From NCBI GenBank assembly GCA_041694635.1, contig JBDNHI010000103.1:50829-114828 (forward strand): DNA of 64,000 bases, in the 5' to 3' direction. The DNA comes from Gemmataceae bacterium. Lineage in GTDB: Bacteria > Planctomycetota > Planctomycetia > Gemmatales > Gemmataceae. Of this stretch, positions 22,233-32,774 are shown piece by piece; position 1 is the first letter of the stretch, and each line of letters begins with the position of its first letter. The position numbers and the translations under genes are program-made. Below the pieces are notes generated by a model, which had not been told where the DNA came from, did no database searches, and saw only the letters and a program-made list of their open reading frames with translations.

Positions 22233-23885
22233 ATGCAAATTTCATGGAAAACAATCGGATCTAAGGTTGCAATTATTGCCTTGGTGTTTGCAATTATTGA
22301 AATCGCAGATGCAGCACCACCCGAAGTCAAGGATACAGTCCCTGCAAAAACCAAGGAAGAAAAGAAGTTATCTAAAACTTCTGCAAAACCTATTATTGCA
22401 AAGCCACTCATGTTGGTTAAGGCTTTATCTCGGCTTATTGATGTCGAGATTTTGAAAAAGCTTAAAGAAGAAAAAGTTAACCCATCTGCGAAAAGCACCG
22501 ACTCCGAATTTCATCGCAGGGCTTACCTCGATATCATAGGTCGAATTCCCACCTCAGATGAAACCAAGGCTTTCCTTGAAAATACCGTAGCAAACAAAAG
22601 AGAAAAGCTGATCGATGATTTGCTTGCAAATGATGGATTTGGCAAGCATATGGCTGATATTTGGCAGGCCCTGCTTTTGCCCAAAATTTCTGACAATCGT
22701 CGGGTAAATTCTGAGCCTCTTGTCGTTTGGCTCGAAAAGCATTTCAACGCCAACACCGGCTGGGATCAGGTTACTAAAGAACTTCTAACTTCTACAGGCA
22801 GTCAGGATGAAAACGGCTCGATCACTTATTTTGTCTCTAATAATTCAGTCGATAAAATAACCGACTCTGTTACCAAGCTTTTCTTGGGAGTTCAACTTCA
22901 GTGTGCTCAATGCCATGACCATCCATTTGTTGAATGGAAGCAGAAGGATTACTGGGGCGTTGCAGCATTCTTTATGAAAGTTCAGGCCGCACCACCAAGA
23001 AATAAAGATATGTCTTCCCCTACCGTAACGGAAGGTAAGGTAATCAACAAGAAAAAGAACAACCTTCCCGAAGCTGCAAAGTTTGTAAATGCAAAATTCC
23101 TCGCTTCCGAAGAACCAAAACTAAATAACGAAGAACCTTTCCGGCCTGTTCTTGCAAACTGGCTTACTTCGAAGTCTAACCCATTCTTTAGCAATGCGAT
23201 GGCAAACAGGCTTTGGGCCCAGTATTTTGGCAAAGGCCTTGTAGACCCGCTGGATGATATGCACGATGGAAATCCTGCTACGCATCCCGAACTTCTTGCG
23301 AGCCTTGCAAGTCAATTTTCCGCATCGAATTTTGATATTAAGTTTTTCATCAGGGCCATCTGCAATAGTGAAACCTACCAAAGAAGCAGCAAGCCTAATG
23401 CTTCTAATAAAGAAACTAATATTGCACTTCTTTCGCATATGCCAATTAAGAATATGAGCCCCGAACAACTGTTCGACAGTTTAACCATCGTGCTAGGTTC
23501 CCCTAGCAGAGGTAATCAAAAACAACCTGCAAACAAACCACAAAAGAACCAACCCAAGGGAGCTAGGGCTCAATTTGTAACCTTCTTTCAAGCTGAAGAG
23601 GGTGCCTCTGCACTTAGCTATGAAACGGGTATTCCTCAAGTCCTTCGCCTGATGAATTCACCGCAAATGAATGCTGAAGCCGGGGTTTTTAGGATCATTG
23701 ATAAAACCGCTGATGCAAAAACATCTATCGAAAAAATATATCTTTCTGTTCTCAATCGAAAACCTACAGATGAGGAATTAGCCCGCATGGTTAACTTCCT
23801 TGCAAAGGCTTCCGATCAAAAGAAAGGTTTTGCAGACATGCTTTGGGTTTTACTAAACACTAGTGAATTCACCTTGAACCACTAA
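22233..23885 (+). CDS. DUF1549 + DUF1553 domain protein (short PSCyt/PSD-type planctomycete protein)
   Basis: Signal peptide is present. DUF1549 signature is FHRRAYLDIIGRIPTSDETKAFLEN...KREKLIDDLL. DUF1553 signature is CAQCHDHPFVEWKQKDYWGVAAFF. The C-terminus is WVLLNTSEFTLNH. Confidence 0.85.
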   Translation: MQISWKTIGSKVAIIALVFAIIEIADAAPPEVKDTVPAKTKEEKKLSKTSAKPIIAKPLMLVKALSRLIDVEILKKLKEEKVNPSAKSTDSEFHRRAYLDIIGRIPTSDETKAFLENTVANKREKLIDDLLANDGFGKHMADIWQALLLPKISDNRRVNSEPLVVWLEKHFNANTGWDQVTKELLTSTGSQDENGSITYFVSNNSVDKITDSVTKLFLGVQLQCAQCHDHPFVEWKQKDYWGVAAFFMKVQAAPPRNKDMSSPTVTEGKVINKKKNNLPEAAKFVNAKFLASEEPKLNNEEPFRPVLANWLTSKSNPFFSNAMANRLWAQYFGKGLVDPLDDMHDGNPATHPELLASLASQFSASNFDIKFFIRAICNSETYQRSSKPNASNKETNIALLSHMPIKNMSPEQLFDSLTIVLGSPSRGNQKQPANKPQKNQPKGARAQFVTFFQAEEGASALSYETGIPQVLRLMNSPQMNAEAGVFRIIDKTADAKTSIEKIYLSVLNRKPTDEELARMVNFLAKASDQKKGFADMLWVLLNTSEFTLNH

Positions 23886-23926
23886 ACTAACTTTTTTCAC
23901 ACTAACTATTTTAAGGAACAATTGCT

Positions 23927-25207
23927 ATGAATACGGAAATGATAGGCGGATTATATCGCAGAGACCTTATGAAATTGGGCGCCTTGGGCGTTGGAGGAGT
24001 CTCTGCTTCGGGCTGGATGAATGTTCTTGCAGGTCACTCTGCCGAAATTCAAGCAAAACATAAATCGTGCATCCTTTTGTATATGAGCGGGGGCCCAAGC
24101 CATAAAGACACATTCGATCTAAAACCTGATTCTGAGGGCGCAGGAGAATTTAAACCTATTTCCACTAGTGCCCCTGGTATTCAAATCAGCGAGCACTTTC
24201 CTAAGCTTGCCAAATGGATGCACAAATCTGCGCTGCTTCGCGGTATGAGCACGGGAGAAGGCGCTCATGCCAGAGCATCCTATTTTCTTCATACAGGCTA
24301 CAAAGAAGGCCAAGGGGGCTTAACCTACCCGAGTCTGGGGGCAATTGCTTCCATGGAAACAGGCAATCCAGCATTGCCCATCCCTAATTTTGTTACCATC
24401 AACGGCGGCAGATCTTACGGGTCTGGATACCTTGGTTCAAAATACCAGCCTCTGAATATTGCAGATGCAAAATCAGGTGTCGCCAACCTGAGTGCCCTCG
24501 TTTCTGATAACCAGTTTAATTCCAGAGTCTCCCTCTTGAATGAAATGGAAAAAGCCTTCCACAAGGATTATTCTTCCGATGCAGGGGTTTCCCATCAGAC
24601 CACCTACCAACGGGCCGTAACCATGATGAAGTCAGCCCAGGCCAAGGCTTTCGACATCAGCGGTGAACCCTCAAATCTTCGTTCCGAATACGGTTCCGGT
24701 AAGTTTGGCGAGGGCTGCATTCTTGCACGAAGATTGGTTGAAACTGGTGTCCGCTTCGTAGAAGTCAATTTGGGAGGCTGGGACACCCATCAAGACAACT
24801 TCGATAAAGTCAAGGGCCTTTCTGCACAAGTTGATGCCGGCATGTCTACTCTTATCAGCGATCTTAGCCAGCGCGGTTTGCTCGATAGCACACTTATCGT
24901 TTGGATGGGTGATTTTGGGAGAACACCTAAAATTAACCAACGCGGGCCAAAGCCAGGCCGTGATCATTACCCAAAAGCTTGGACTAGCGTTATGGTTGGC
25001 GGTGGGATTAAGGGGGGTCAAGTCATTGGCAAGACCGACAAACAAGGCGCAACGGTTGAAGAACGCCCAATCAATGCTATCGATTTTATGTCGACTGCTT
25101 GTTCAATACTTGGAATTGATTACACCAAGTCGATTCAAACTCCAATTGGCAGGCCAATTCGCTTGGTCGAAAAGGGTGCTAAACCTATCACCGAGCTACT
25201 TGCTTAA
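23927..25207 (+). CDS. DUF1501 domain protein (sulfatase-fold), Tat-type signal
   Basis: YRRDLMKLGALGVGG, LLYMSGGPSHKDTFDLKP, GGWDTHQDNF and GDFGRTPKIN...GRDHYP. It starts 41 nt after its DUF1549/1553 partner. Confidence 0.9.
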   Translation: MNTEMIGGLYRRDLMKLGALGVGGVSASGWMNVLAGHSAEIQAKHKSCILLYMSGGPSHKDTFDLKPDSEGAGEFKPISTSAPGIQISEHFPKLAKWMHKSALLRGMSTGEGAHARASYFLHTGYKEGQGGLTYPSLGAIASMETGNPALPIPNFVTINGGRSYGSGYLGSKYQPLNIADAKSGVANLSALVSDNQFNSRVSLLNEMEKAFHKDYSSDAGVSHQTTYQRAVTMMKSAQAKAFDISGEPSNLRSEYGSGKFGEGCILARRLVETGVRFVEVNLGGWDTHQDNFDKVKGLSAQVDAGMSTLISDLSQRGLLDSTLIVWMGDFGRTPKINQRGPKPGRDHYPKAWTSVMVGGGIKGGQVIGKTDKQGATVEERPINAIDFMSTACSILGIDYTKSIQTPIGRPIRLVEKGAKPITELLA

Positions 25208-25222
25208 TAGAAAGTTTAATCT

Positions 25223-25255
25223 AAAAAGGGAAGGCTTAATGCCTTCCCTTTTTTA
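25223..25255. terminator. Bidirectional intrinsic terminator between convergent DUF1501 and MFS genes
   Basis: Stem agggaaggc / gccttccct, loop ttaat, with an A-run upstream and a T-run downstream. Confidence 0.7.
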
Positions 25256-25261
25256 TTGGTT

Positions 25262-26497
25262 CTAGGTTGCCTTCTTTCCAAACACGGGGCGAAAACAAAA
25301 ATAAAAGATTACGCAAAGTAACCCGTTGATGATTGCTGCTACTTGAAATGCATACTCTAACTCTTCCCTCATATTCGATGCATTGGGGTTACTTGACCTT
25401 AATACCCCAACCATAATGTGACCAAATACTAATCCAATTCCTTGAACAAAAGTAAGTAAAGATTGCACACTTGCCTTCAAATCTCCTTTAGCTTGCCTAT
25501 TAACATAGACTTGCCCGGTTATTAAAAAACCTGTAACACTAAGACCGTTCAAGGCTAAGGAAGGCACAACCAAACTTGCGGGTTCACCAATTGAAAGAAT
25601 ACAAAGGGCCCCAGTCCAACAAATTAAACCAAATAACATACTTCCCTTAAGGCCAAGCCTTAATAAAAACATAGGCAGAAGAAAAAGAGAAATGACTTCA
25701 GCTAGTTGGGAAATGGTTAGTGTTGGGCTAAGCCAAGGCTGAACAATTCCCAAATGTTCTAAAAGTAAGGGCGTTGCTTGCGTAGTAAATGGCATAGTAA
25801 TACAAAGGCCAAGTGTACAAAGGCAATAGATTGCAAAGGGCCAACCTTTCATCAATTTTAATGCACCTAAAGGCGCAAAACTATCAACCTTACTTGGGCT
25901 TGGAGGAGTCGTAGGCAGTGTAAAGCAATAAAGGGTAACAATAACGCCAAAAAAAGCACCTATAAGAAATTGATCGCTGGCAGCAGCTTCCCAATTTGTA
26001 TTTGGGAATATCAAAGTTATTAAAAGAAGAATCCAGCCCGGAAGCATCCAACCTAAGGTTCCAGAAAGTCGAACTATGCCAAATTCCTTTTCTGGGTCTT
26101 TCAAATGAATAAAGCAAATGGTACTACAAAGCACCATCATAGGAACGATCAACAACCAAAAAAACAAAGTAAGAATACAAATTAGGAATAAGTTTTCAGC
26201 AAAAGCCAGTGCGACTAAAAAACCACTTCCAAGCAAGCTAAAAACTGCAACACATTTTTCCGCTGCAAAATAACGGTCTGCAAGTTGTGCACCTAAAGGC
26301 GCAAGCAAGGCACCAACGCCGTGCGTAGCACAGCAAAAAGCCATTTCCATAGGCGTAAAGCCCAGTTCCTTAAGGCGCAAACTGTAAAGGGGAAGCAGTG
26401 CACCAGGCACAGCGAATTGCAAAAACATCAGTACAGATAATCTTAGTTGCACAAGTACCCTTTCCTGGGTATTTACCTTTGAAGGTAGAAGAAGCAT
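25262..26497 (-). CDS. MFS transporter (nucleoside:H+ symporter-like)
   Basis: 411 aa with about 12 hydrophobic helices in 6+6 organisation. The N-terminus is LRLSVLMFLQFAVPGALLPLYSLRLKELGF. Confidence 0.7.
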   Translation of the reverse strand: MLLLPSKVNTQERVLVQLRLSVLMFLQFAVPGALLPLYSLRLKELGFTPMEMAFCCATHGVGALLAPLGAQLADRYFAAEKCVAVFSLLGSGFLVALAFAENLFLICILTLFFWLLIVPMMVLCSTICFIHLKDPEKEFGIVRLSGTLGWMLPGWILLLITLIFPNTNWEAAASDQFLIGAFFGVIVTLYCFTLPTTPPSPSKVDSFAPLGALKLMKGWPFAIYCLCTLGLCITMPFTTQATPLLLEHLGIVQPWLSPTLTISQLAEVISLFLLPMFLLRLGLKGSMLFGLICWTGALCILSIGEPASLVVPSLALNGLSVTGFLITGQVYVNRQAKGDLKASVQSLLTFVQGIGLVFGHIMVGVLRSSNPNASNMREELEYAFQVAAIINGLLCVIFYFCFRPVFGKKAT

Positions 26498-26522
26498 CCT
26501 GATGCCAAGCTAAACAGAAATC

Positions 26523-27170
26523 TTAACCGTTTAAAACAAAATCCGCAGGTTCTGGGGCTTCAGGCGGAACCAGATTGATTCGTATTGCCTTCCAGCAATA
26601 ATTCTCAAGTACAAGTTCATTGATACCTACATTAGGTATGACGCCAAATTTATCCCAATCTTCTATTTGCCATTCTTGTAAAATTGAAAGTAGAAGCACT
26701 TTAATCACTGCACCATGAGCCACGATGACGATATTTTCGCCTGCATATTTTTTGGTTATAGTTTCCCAAATAGGAAGAATTCTAGCAAGAATTTGGTCAA
26801 AGGATTCCGATCCTTCGGGGGCATAATCTGTTTCTCCTTTTAACCAACGAGATAAAATCTGTCTCCACGGTCCCTCAGGCAAATTATTCACCGTGCCAGA
26901 TAAGGTACCTACTTTTCGTTCGTGTAATTGGAGGATTGGTTCAACATCCAGATTACAGGCGGATGATATTTCCTTCGCAGTCTGCAAGGCACGAAGCATA
27001 CCCGAAGAAATAAGCCGATCAGGTTTTAACTTTTGCAAATACTTTGCGGCTGCTTTGGCCTGAAGGAAACCGCGGTCGCTAAGGCCGATATCAGATTCCG
27101 CCCCGTGAAAAACACCAGGGGCACTGGTTTCAGCGTGCCTCATTAAATAAACCCGAGTCACTGTACTCAT
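26523..27170 (-). CDS. Histidine phosphatase family protein (phosphoglycerate mutase-like)
   Basis: The N-terminal RVYLMRHAETS is the RHG catalytic motif. IVIVAHGAV carries the second His. Confidence 0.85.
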   Translation of the reverse strand: MSTVTRVYLMRHAETSAPGVFHGAESDIGLSDRGFLQAKAAAKYLQKLKPDRLISSGMLRALQTAKEISSACNLDVEPILQLHERKVGTLSGTVNNLPEGPWRQILSRWLKGETDYAPEGSESFDQILARILPIWETITKKYAGENIVIVAHGAVIKVLLLSILQEWQIEDWDKFGVIPNVGINELVLENYCWKAIRINLVPPEAPEPADFVLNG

Positions 27171-27252
27171 TTTTCTTATGGTTCCCTTACTTCAATCTTA
27201 TTTCAAACTTTTATTTTACTAAAAAACATAAGTTCGGGAACCAAAGCAGAGG

Positions 27253-29136
27253 TTATAATCCCTGAATCATTGCTGCTTGAACTCGTTTCATAAATCCCCC
27301 AAGGTCGTGAACCTTCGATCCCTCTGCGATAAGTGCAAGGTCGAACAGAGTTTCAACACCTTCTTGAAGTTTTGGTGAATCTGAATTTTGTTCGTGCAAG
27401 TCGCGTAGTTTTTCTACAAGTGGATGGGTAGGATTAATTTCCAATACTTTTTTAGAAGCCATTCCGTCATCTGCCCTTCCAATTTTCCTCAGAAATCTTT
27501 CTTGGCTAGAAGAAAATCCACCTTCGCCACTAACCAACACCACGGGGCTTTCATTCAATCGGGTGGTAAGTTTTACATCTGACAAGTCATTCAATTTTGA
27601 TTTTAAATACTCCAAGAAGGAGGCAAACCTGCTTTTTGTTTCTTCGAGAATATCTTTATCGGCATCTGGATTCGTACTATCGACCCGATCGATACCCTTT
27701 AATTTTTTTCCTTTGTATTCTTCGAGATAAGGCAAAGAAAATTCATCGATTGGATCAAGGAAGAACAAGACATCTTGCTGTTTTACTTTAAAGGATTCGA
27801 GCAAAGGGGAAGAATCTAGCTGTGCTCTAGTTTCGCCTGCGAGGTAGAAAATCGCCTCTTGTTCGGGTGGCATAGCAGCAACATATTCTTCGAGAGCAAT
27901 GGTTTTTTCGGGGCTAGTTTTGAATGAACTAAAGAGAACAAGGTCGGCTATTTTTTCGCGGTTCTCGGGGTCCATACGCAATCCTTCCTTTAAGATCGCA
28001 CCCATTTCTCCGAAAAACTTTTTGTATTTCTCAAACTCCGCATTTTTCATTTTCTTTAGGGCTTTCAATATTTCCCCTACGATATTTTTTTTGATCCTTT
28101 CAAGCACCGGGTTCTGCTGCAATATTTCTCGAGATATATTTAAAGGCAAATCTGCACAATCAACCACACCTTTGACAAATCTTAAATACGGGGGCAACAG
28201 TTGCTCACAGTTTTCCATAATTAATACCCGCTGGATGTATAACATCAATCCAGTCTTTGCTTCCCCAAACTGAAACTCCATAGGCAAACCTTGGGGAACG
28301 AATAGCAACACTTTAAATTCAGTATTACCCTCTGCGGAATAATGAATAATATCTGCAGGTTCTTGATAATCGCGGCTAATTTGTTTATAAAAAGTGCTGT
28401 ACTCTTCTGGGGTGACTTCGCTTTTGCTACGCAGCCAAAGAGCTTTTTGGGAATTAAGGATATTTTCTTTTTCTTCGGGCTTTTTTTCTTCACCCACAAC
28501 ATCAAGAACAATTGGATGTTCAACAAAGTCTGAAAATTTTCGGATAATAGAACGAATGCGGAAGGGTTCAAGAAATTCTTTTTCTTCAGGCTTAAGATGA
28601 AGAATCACCTCGGTGCCTCGATCGGTTTTATTTTTTTGTTCGATGGTAAATTCGCCTTGGCCGTCTGAAATCCAACAAATACCATCTTCAGAATTTCCTG
28701 CCATCCTTGATAAGACTTCGACTTTATCGGCGACCATAAAGGCTGAATAAAATCCCACGCCAAACTGTCCGATTAATTCCGGCTTGGTTTTACCTTCTTG
28801 GCTTTTAATTCTTTCGAGAAAGTTTTTGGTTCCAGACCGAGCAATCGTTCCCAGATTTTCTATGACCGATTGACGAGACATCCCTATGCCGTTATCTGAA
28901 ATCGTTAAAGTATTAGCTTCTTTATTGATACTTATTTTTATTTTCCAATCTTTATTTTCTTCAAGAACCTCTTGCTGATCGAGCGAGTCAAACCGAATTT
29001 TATTAATTGCATCGCCGCAATTACTTATCAATTCTCTTAAAAAAATCTCTTTATTCGAGTAGAGAGAATGAGTGATGAGATGAAGAAGTTGCTTTAATTC
29101 TGTTTTGAATTCCATTTTTTCTGTCGAAACCGTCAT
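27253..29136 (-). CDS. htpG: Molecular chaperone HtpG (Hsp90)
   Basis: FKTELKQLLHLITHSLYSNKEIFLRELISNCGDA, GQFGVGFYSAFMVADKV and LNISREILQ. ATG 29136 is preferred over the 13-codon upstream extension. Confidence 0.95.
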   Translation of the reverse strand: MTVSTEKMEFKTELKQLLHLITHSLYSNKEIFLRELISNCGDAINKIRFDSLDQQEVLEENKDWKIKISINKEANTLTISDNGIGMSRQSVIENLGTIARSGTKNFLERIKSQEGKTKPELIGQFGVGFYSAFMVADKVEVLSRMAGNSEDGICWISDGQGEFTIEQKNKTDRGTEVILHLKPEEKEFLEPFRIRSIIRKFSDFVEHPIVLDVVGEEKKPEEKENILNSQKALWLRSKSEVTPEEYSTFYKQISRDYQEPADIIHYSAEGNTEFKVLLFVPQGLPMEFQFGEAKTGLMLYIQRVLIMENCEQLLPPYLRFVKGVVDCADLPLNISREILQQNPVLERIKKNIVGEILKALKKMKNAEFEKYKKFFGEMGAILKEGLRMDPENREKIADLVLFSSFKTSPEKTIALEEYVAAMPPEQEAIFYLAGETRAQLDSSPLLESFKVKQQDVLFFLDPIDEFSLPYLEEYKGKKLKGIDRVDSTNPDADKDILEETKSRFASFLEYLKSKLNDLSDVKLTTRLNESPVVLVSGEGGFSSSQERFLRKIGRADDGMASKKVLEINPTHPLVEKLRDLHEQNSDSPKLQEGVETLFDLALIAEGSKVHDLGGFMKRVQAAMIQGL

Positions 29137-29246
29137 TTTAAAATCCTCAAATAGAGACTCGTGTAAATACAACATTTCCTTAACAATTACTTACCTTCAT
29201 AGATTAATATGAAAAAAAATAAGTAAACGAACAGGGGTAACAAGAT

Positions 29247-29936
29247 ATGTGTGGCAGATTTGCATTATACACTGAAAAAACCAGATTGGAACAATTTTTA
29301 GGACTCTGTTCTTTAACAGATTTTTTACCCAGATTTAACATCGCACCAACACAAAAAACCTTGTTTGCTCGAATGAACACCTCGGGAAATTTTTCTCTCG
29401 ACCATCTCTTTTGGGGCCTTCTTCCTGCTTGGGCTAAAGATAAATCCCTTGCAGGGAAAATGATTAATGCTAGGTCTGAAACCATTTCCGAAAAACCCTC
29501 CTTTAAGCAAGCTTTTATAAAAAGACGCGGGCTCGTTCCTGCAAATGGTTTTTTTGAATGGAAAACTATTGGAAAATCCAAATCACCTTTCTTTATTTCC
29601 TCTTCCGAACACCCTTTAATTGCTTTTGCGGCTGTATGGGAATCAAACACCCAAATCCAAACCCAACCGATTGATACTTTTTCTATCCTCACCACCGAGG
29701 CAAATTCTGATATGGAACCAATCCATCATCGGATGCCCGTAATCCTACTAAAAGAATCGTGGGGAATTTGGCTAAATCATAACTTAAAAGAAACCGACCA
29801 ACTATTAGAACTGCTTAAACCAATTCCAAGTGGATATTTACAACTACGCGAAGTAAACGCCTGGGTAAACAAAGTTTCCAATGATTCACCCGAATGTTTA
29901 AATGCGCCAATAAAAGATCTTTTCTCGAATCTTTAA
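29247..29936 (+). CDS. SOS-response-associated peptidase (SRAP/YedK family, abasic-site sensor)
   Basis: MCGRFALY N-terminus with catalytic Cys2. Other motifs are RFNIAPTQ, MINARSETI, PANGFFEW and HHRMPVIL. Confidence 0.9.
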   Translation: MCGRFALYTEKTRLEQFLGLCSLTDFLPRFNIAPTQKTLFARMNTSGNFSLDHLFWGLLPAWAKDKSLAGKMINARSETISEKPSFKQAFIKRRGLVPANGFFEWKTIGKSKSPFFISSSEHPLIAFAAVWESNTQIQTQPIDTFSILTTEANSDMEPIHHRMPVILLKESWGIWLNHNLKETDQLLELLKPIPSGYLQLREVNAWVNKVSNDSPECLNAPIKDLFSNL

Positions 29937-29939
29937 GGA

Positions 29940-32678
29940 TTATTTTTTGGGTAATACTTTGCCTGTTTCATCGATAGCACCAACCGCAAGGAGAAACAGT
30001 TTATCTGGGTTAATATGTTTTTTCGCTACGGCTTGGATATCTTCTCTAGTAACCGCTGCAACCTCTTTACTAAACTTATCGAGGTAATCTAGACCAAGCC
30101 CCAGCCGTTCGGTCATCACCAATTGCCCTGCAATGAGAGAGAAACTAGTAAAGCGGAATGCGAGGTTTCCAAGGAGGTAGTTTTTTGCATCAGCTAGTTC
30201 TTCCACCTCGGGTAAAGTGGTACGAATTTTATCAAGTTCCTCGAGAAATTCTTTTTTAACACGCTCAAAATTTGCTCCATCGGTTCCTATGTAACAAGAG
30301 AAAACCCCAGGTTCGATATCGGCACTGGTAGTTATGTTGGCATTAACTGTGTAGGCAAGCCCTTCTCGGTCGCGTAATCTTGCAGATAGCCTATCGGTAA
30401 AGCCGGGCCCCGTACCCAAAATATAATCCATAACTAATAGTTTGAAGTAATCGGGATCGTTTCTGCGAATGCCAAGGTGCCCCAAATAAAATTGCATCTG
30501 AACCGCATCTGGAGTTGTAATAATTTTCTGTTTAAACTTTTCGGGCATCTCAACTTTAGGAAAATTTATCTTGGCAGGTTCCGTTGCAACCCAGCCTTTA
30601 AATAATTCTTTTACTTGCTCTTCCACGGCATTGCTATCGAAGTCTCCTACCACCGACACAATAATATTCGCTGGATTATAACAAGCTTTATGAAAAGTTA
30701 GGCAATCTTCTAAGGTAAGTTCTTTAACGCTTTTAAGCGAACCTACGGAAGACCTTCCACGGGGGTGGTCACCATAAATTTCCTTTAAGAATTCCCTTTT
30801 AGCAAGGAAGTCGGGCTGAGATTCAAGGTCTTGCAGAGAAGATAAAGTTTGCTCTTTCTTGCGTTCAAAAGCTTCCTTAGGAAAAGTAGGAGACTTCATA
30901 CAAGTTAAAAGAATTTCGATGCCCATTTTTCTATGATGTGAAAGAACTTTTAATACGCCTCCACTTTCATCAAATCCAAGTTCACCACCCACACCTTCTA
31001 TTTTTAAAGCAAGTTGTTGGCCATCAATCCCTGGAATTCCTTCATCAAGAAGGGAACCGGTAAGAGAAGCAATACCCTGCTTTGCAGAAGACTCGTAACC
31101 TTTGCTATCTCGAATTGCAACTCGAGCGACCAAGACAGGCACCTTGGGGTCGGGCAAGAGCAAAAGAACAGCGCCACCTGGGATTTCAATTTTTTTAGCT
31201 TTAGTCAGAGAAAAACTGGAAGGAGTTTTATCTTCTTTTTGTCGGGCAAGTGTTTTTCTCTTTGAAGGCTTGGTAAGCGATGCCCCTTTAGCATTTTTTT
31301 CAGGAACTGACCAAAGCACCACCGATTGTTCCTTTTTAAGATATTTTTGAGCCACTTGCTGAAGGTCGGCTGGAGTTACTGCAAGGAGGTTGGAAAGATA
31401 GGATTTCAAATAATCTAAATCAGCAACGACAACGGTACGGGCAATAGCATCCGCCAACCCGTGAACGCTTTCACGGGAGAAAATAGCACTGGCCAGAATT
31501 TTCTGCCTAACTCTATCTAATTCTTCCAAAGAAACAGGAACTTTGGCAAGTTTATCTAATTCTTCAAAGATTGATTTTTCAAGCTTTTCTTTATCTTTTC
31601 CCTGAATCATTTCCATTTGAATTCCAAACCAACCTGGGTAGCGACCCGTAGTACTTTCTGCCCCTGCCACGGAAACAAGTTGTTCCCCTTCAATAAATTT
31701 ACGATAAAATCTGCTGATTTTTCCATCAGAAAGAATAGCTTCTAACACCGTAAGTGCTGGTGCATCTGGATGGGCAGTTTCCACCGTATTAAAACCAATC
31801 AAAAGTCGTGATACTTCAAACTTAGACTTCATCTCAATGCGAGCCTGACCTTCTCGCTTAAAAAGCAAATTAACTTTTCGTGGAGGTAAGTTCCCTGCGG
31901 GAATATTACCAAACAACTCCTTAATGCGTGCCATTGCTCGGTCGGGTTCAAACCCGCCACAAATAATCAGCGATGCGTTTGAAGGGTGGTACCAGAGGTC
32001 ATAATGAGCTTTAATAACTTTAGCAGAGGCGGCTTTAACATGGTCTGCCTCACCGATAACAGGATGGCCGTAGGGTGCATTAGAGCCAAAAAGTTTGGGA
32101 AGAATAGCTTTATATTCTAAATCCCAGGGGCCATCTTCATTTCGTTTAAGCTCTTCAATAACAGCGCCTTTTTCCTGTTGAAACTCGTGTTTTTCATCAA
32201 TTTGCAAGTTCCTCATCCTATCCGCTTCAATGGCAAGGGCCTGTTCCCATCGATCCGCAGAAAAATCAAAATGATAAACCGTGCAATCTTCAGAGGTGTA
32301 AGCATTATTAGATCCGCCATTTCGCAGCGTAACCCGATCGATATCACCGGGCATCAATTTTTCTGTTCCCTTGAACATCAGGTGTTCAAGATAATGAGAA
32401 AGCCCAGTCTGATCTAAGTTTTCATCTGCAGCACCAACTTTATAGGCTACCATTGTGGTAACCACGGGGGCATTAGGAACTGGTTTCAGATAAATTTGTA
32501 AACCATTAGGAAGTTTTTCATACCTAATGTTTTGAAAAATAGCGTTGGCAGCCTTTAAAGTTTCCAAATCTTTAGATTTTTTTGGAATCTCTTGGGCATA
32601 AGTAAACGGGGTTCCAATCAACAAGTAAAAAAAGGTAAGTGTTTTTAATATAAACGCTTGATGCATTTTATTTTTCAT
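29940..32678 (-). CDS. Secreted M16 (pitrilysin/insulinase) family peptidase, double unit
   Basis: The first unit has the HxxEH zinc motif GLSHYLEHLMFKG. The second M16-like half lacks the motif. A signal peptide begins at ATG 32678. Confidence 0.85.
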   Translation of the reverse strand: MKNKMHQAFILKTLTFFYLLIGTPFTYAQEIPKKSKDLETLKAANAIFQNIRYEKLPNGLQIYLKPVPNAPVVTTMVAYKVGAADENLDQTGLSHYLEHLMFKGTEKLMPGDIDRVTLRNGGSNNAYTSEDCTVYHFDFSADRWEQALAIEADRMRNLQIDEKHEFQQEKGAVIEELKRNEDGPWDLEYKAILPKLFGSNAPYGHPVIGEADHVKAASAKVIKAHYDLWYHPSNASLIICGGFEPDRAMARIKELFGNIPAGNLPPRKVNLLFKREGQARIEMKSKFEVSRLLIGFNTVETAHPDAPALTVLEAILSDGKISRFYRKFIEGEQLVSVAGAESTTGRYPGWFGIQMEMIQGKDKEKLEKSIFEELDKLAKVPVSLEELDRVRQKILASAIFSRESVHGLADAIARTVVVADLDYLKSYLSNLLAVTPADLQQVAQKYLKKEQSVVLWSVPEKNAKGASLTKPSKRKTLARQKEDKTPSSFSLTKAKKIEIPGGAVLLLLPDPKVPVLVARVAIRDSKGYESSAKQGIASLTGSLLDEGIPGIDGQQLALKIEGVGGELGFDESGGVLKVLSHHRKMGIEILLTCMKSPTFPKEAFERKKEQTLSSLQDLESQPDFLAKREFLKEIYGDHPRGRSSVGSLKSVKELTLEDCLTFHKACYNPANIIVSVVGDFDSNAVEEQVKELFKGWVATEPAKINFPKVEMPEKFKQKIITTPDAVQMQFYLGHLGIRRNDPDYFKLLVMDYILGTGPGFTDRLSARLRDREGLAYTVNANITTSADIEPGVFSCYIGTDGANFERVKKEFLEELDKIRTTLPEVEELADAKNYLLGNLAFRFTSFSLIAGQLVMTERLGLGLDYLDKFSKEVAAVTREDIQAVAKKHINPDKLFLLAVGAIDETGKVLPKK

Positions 32679-32774
32679 TGCTTTGGTTCCGAAATAATTG
32701 GTAGCAGTAAAAGATCCCTTCACTCAAGTAACTATCCGAAAAGTAAAGGAAATCAGCAAGCCAGAAGTTAAAAT

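Noticed and set aside
29204-29695. 163-aa ORF on the minus strand
   Set aside because: It lies entirely antisense to the strongly recognisable SRAP/YedK gene (MCGRFALY...). It has no motif of its own and is a shadow ORF.
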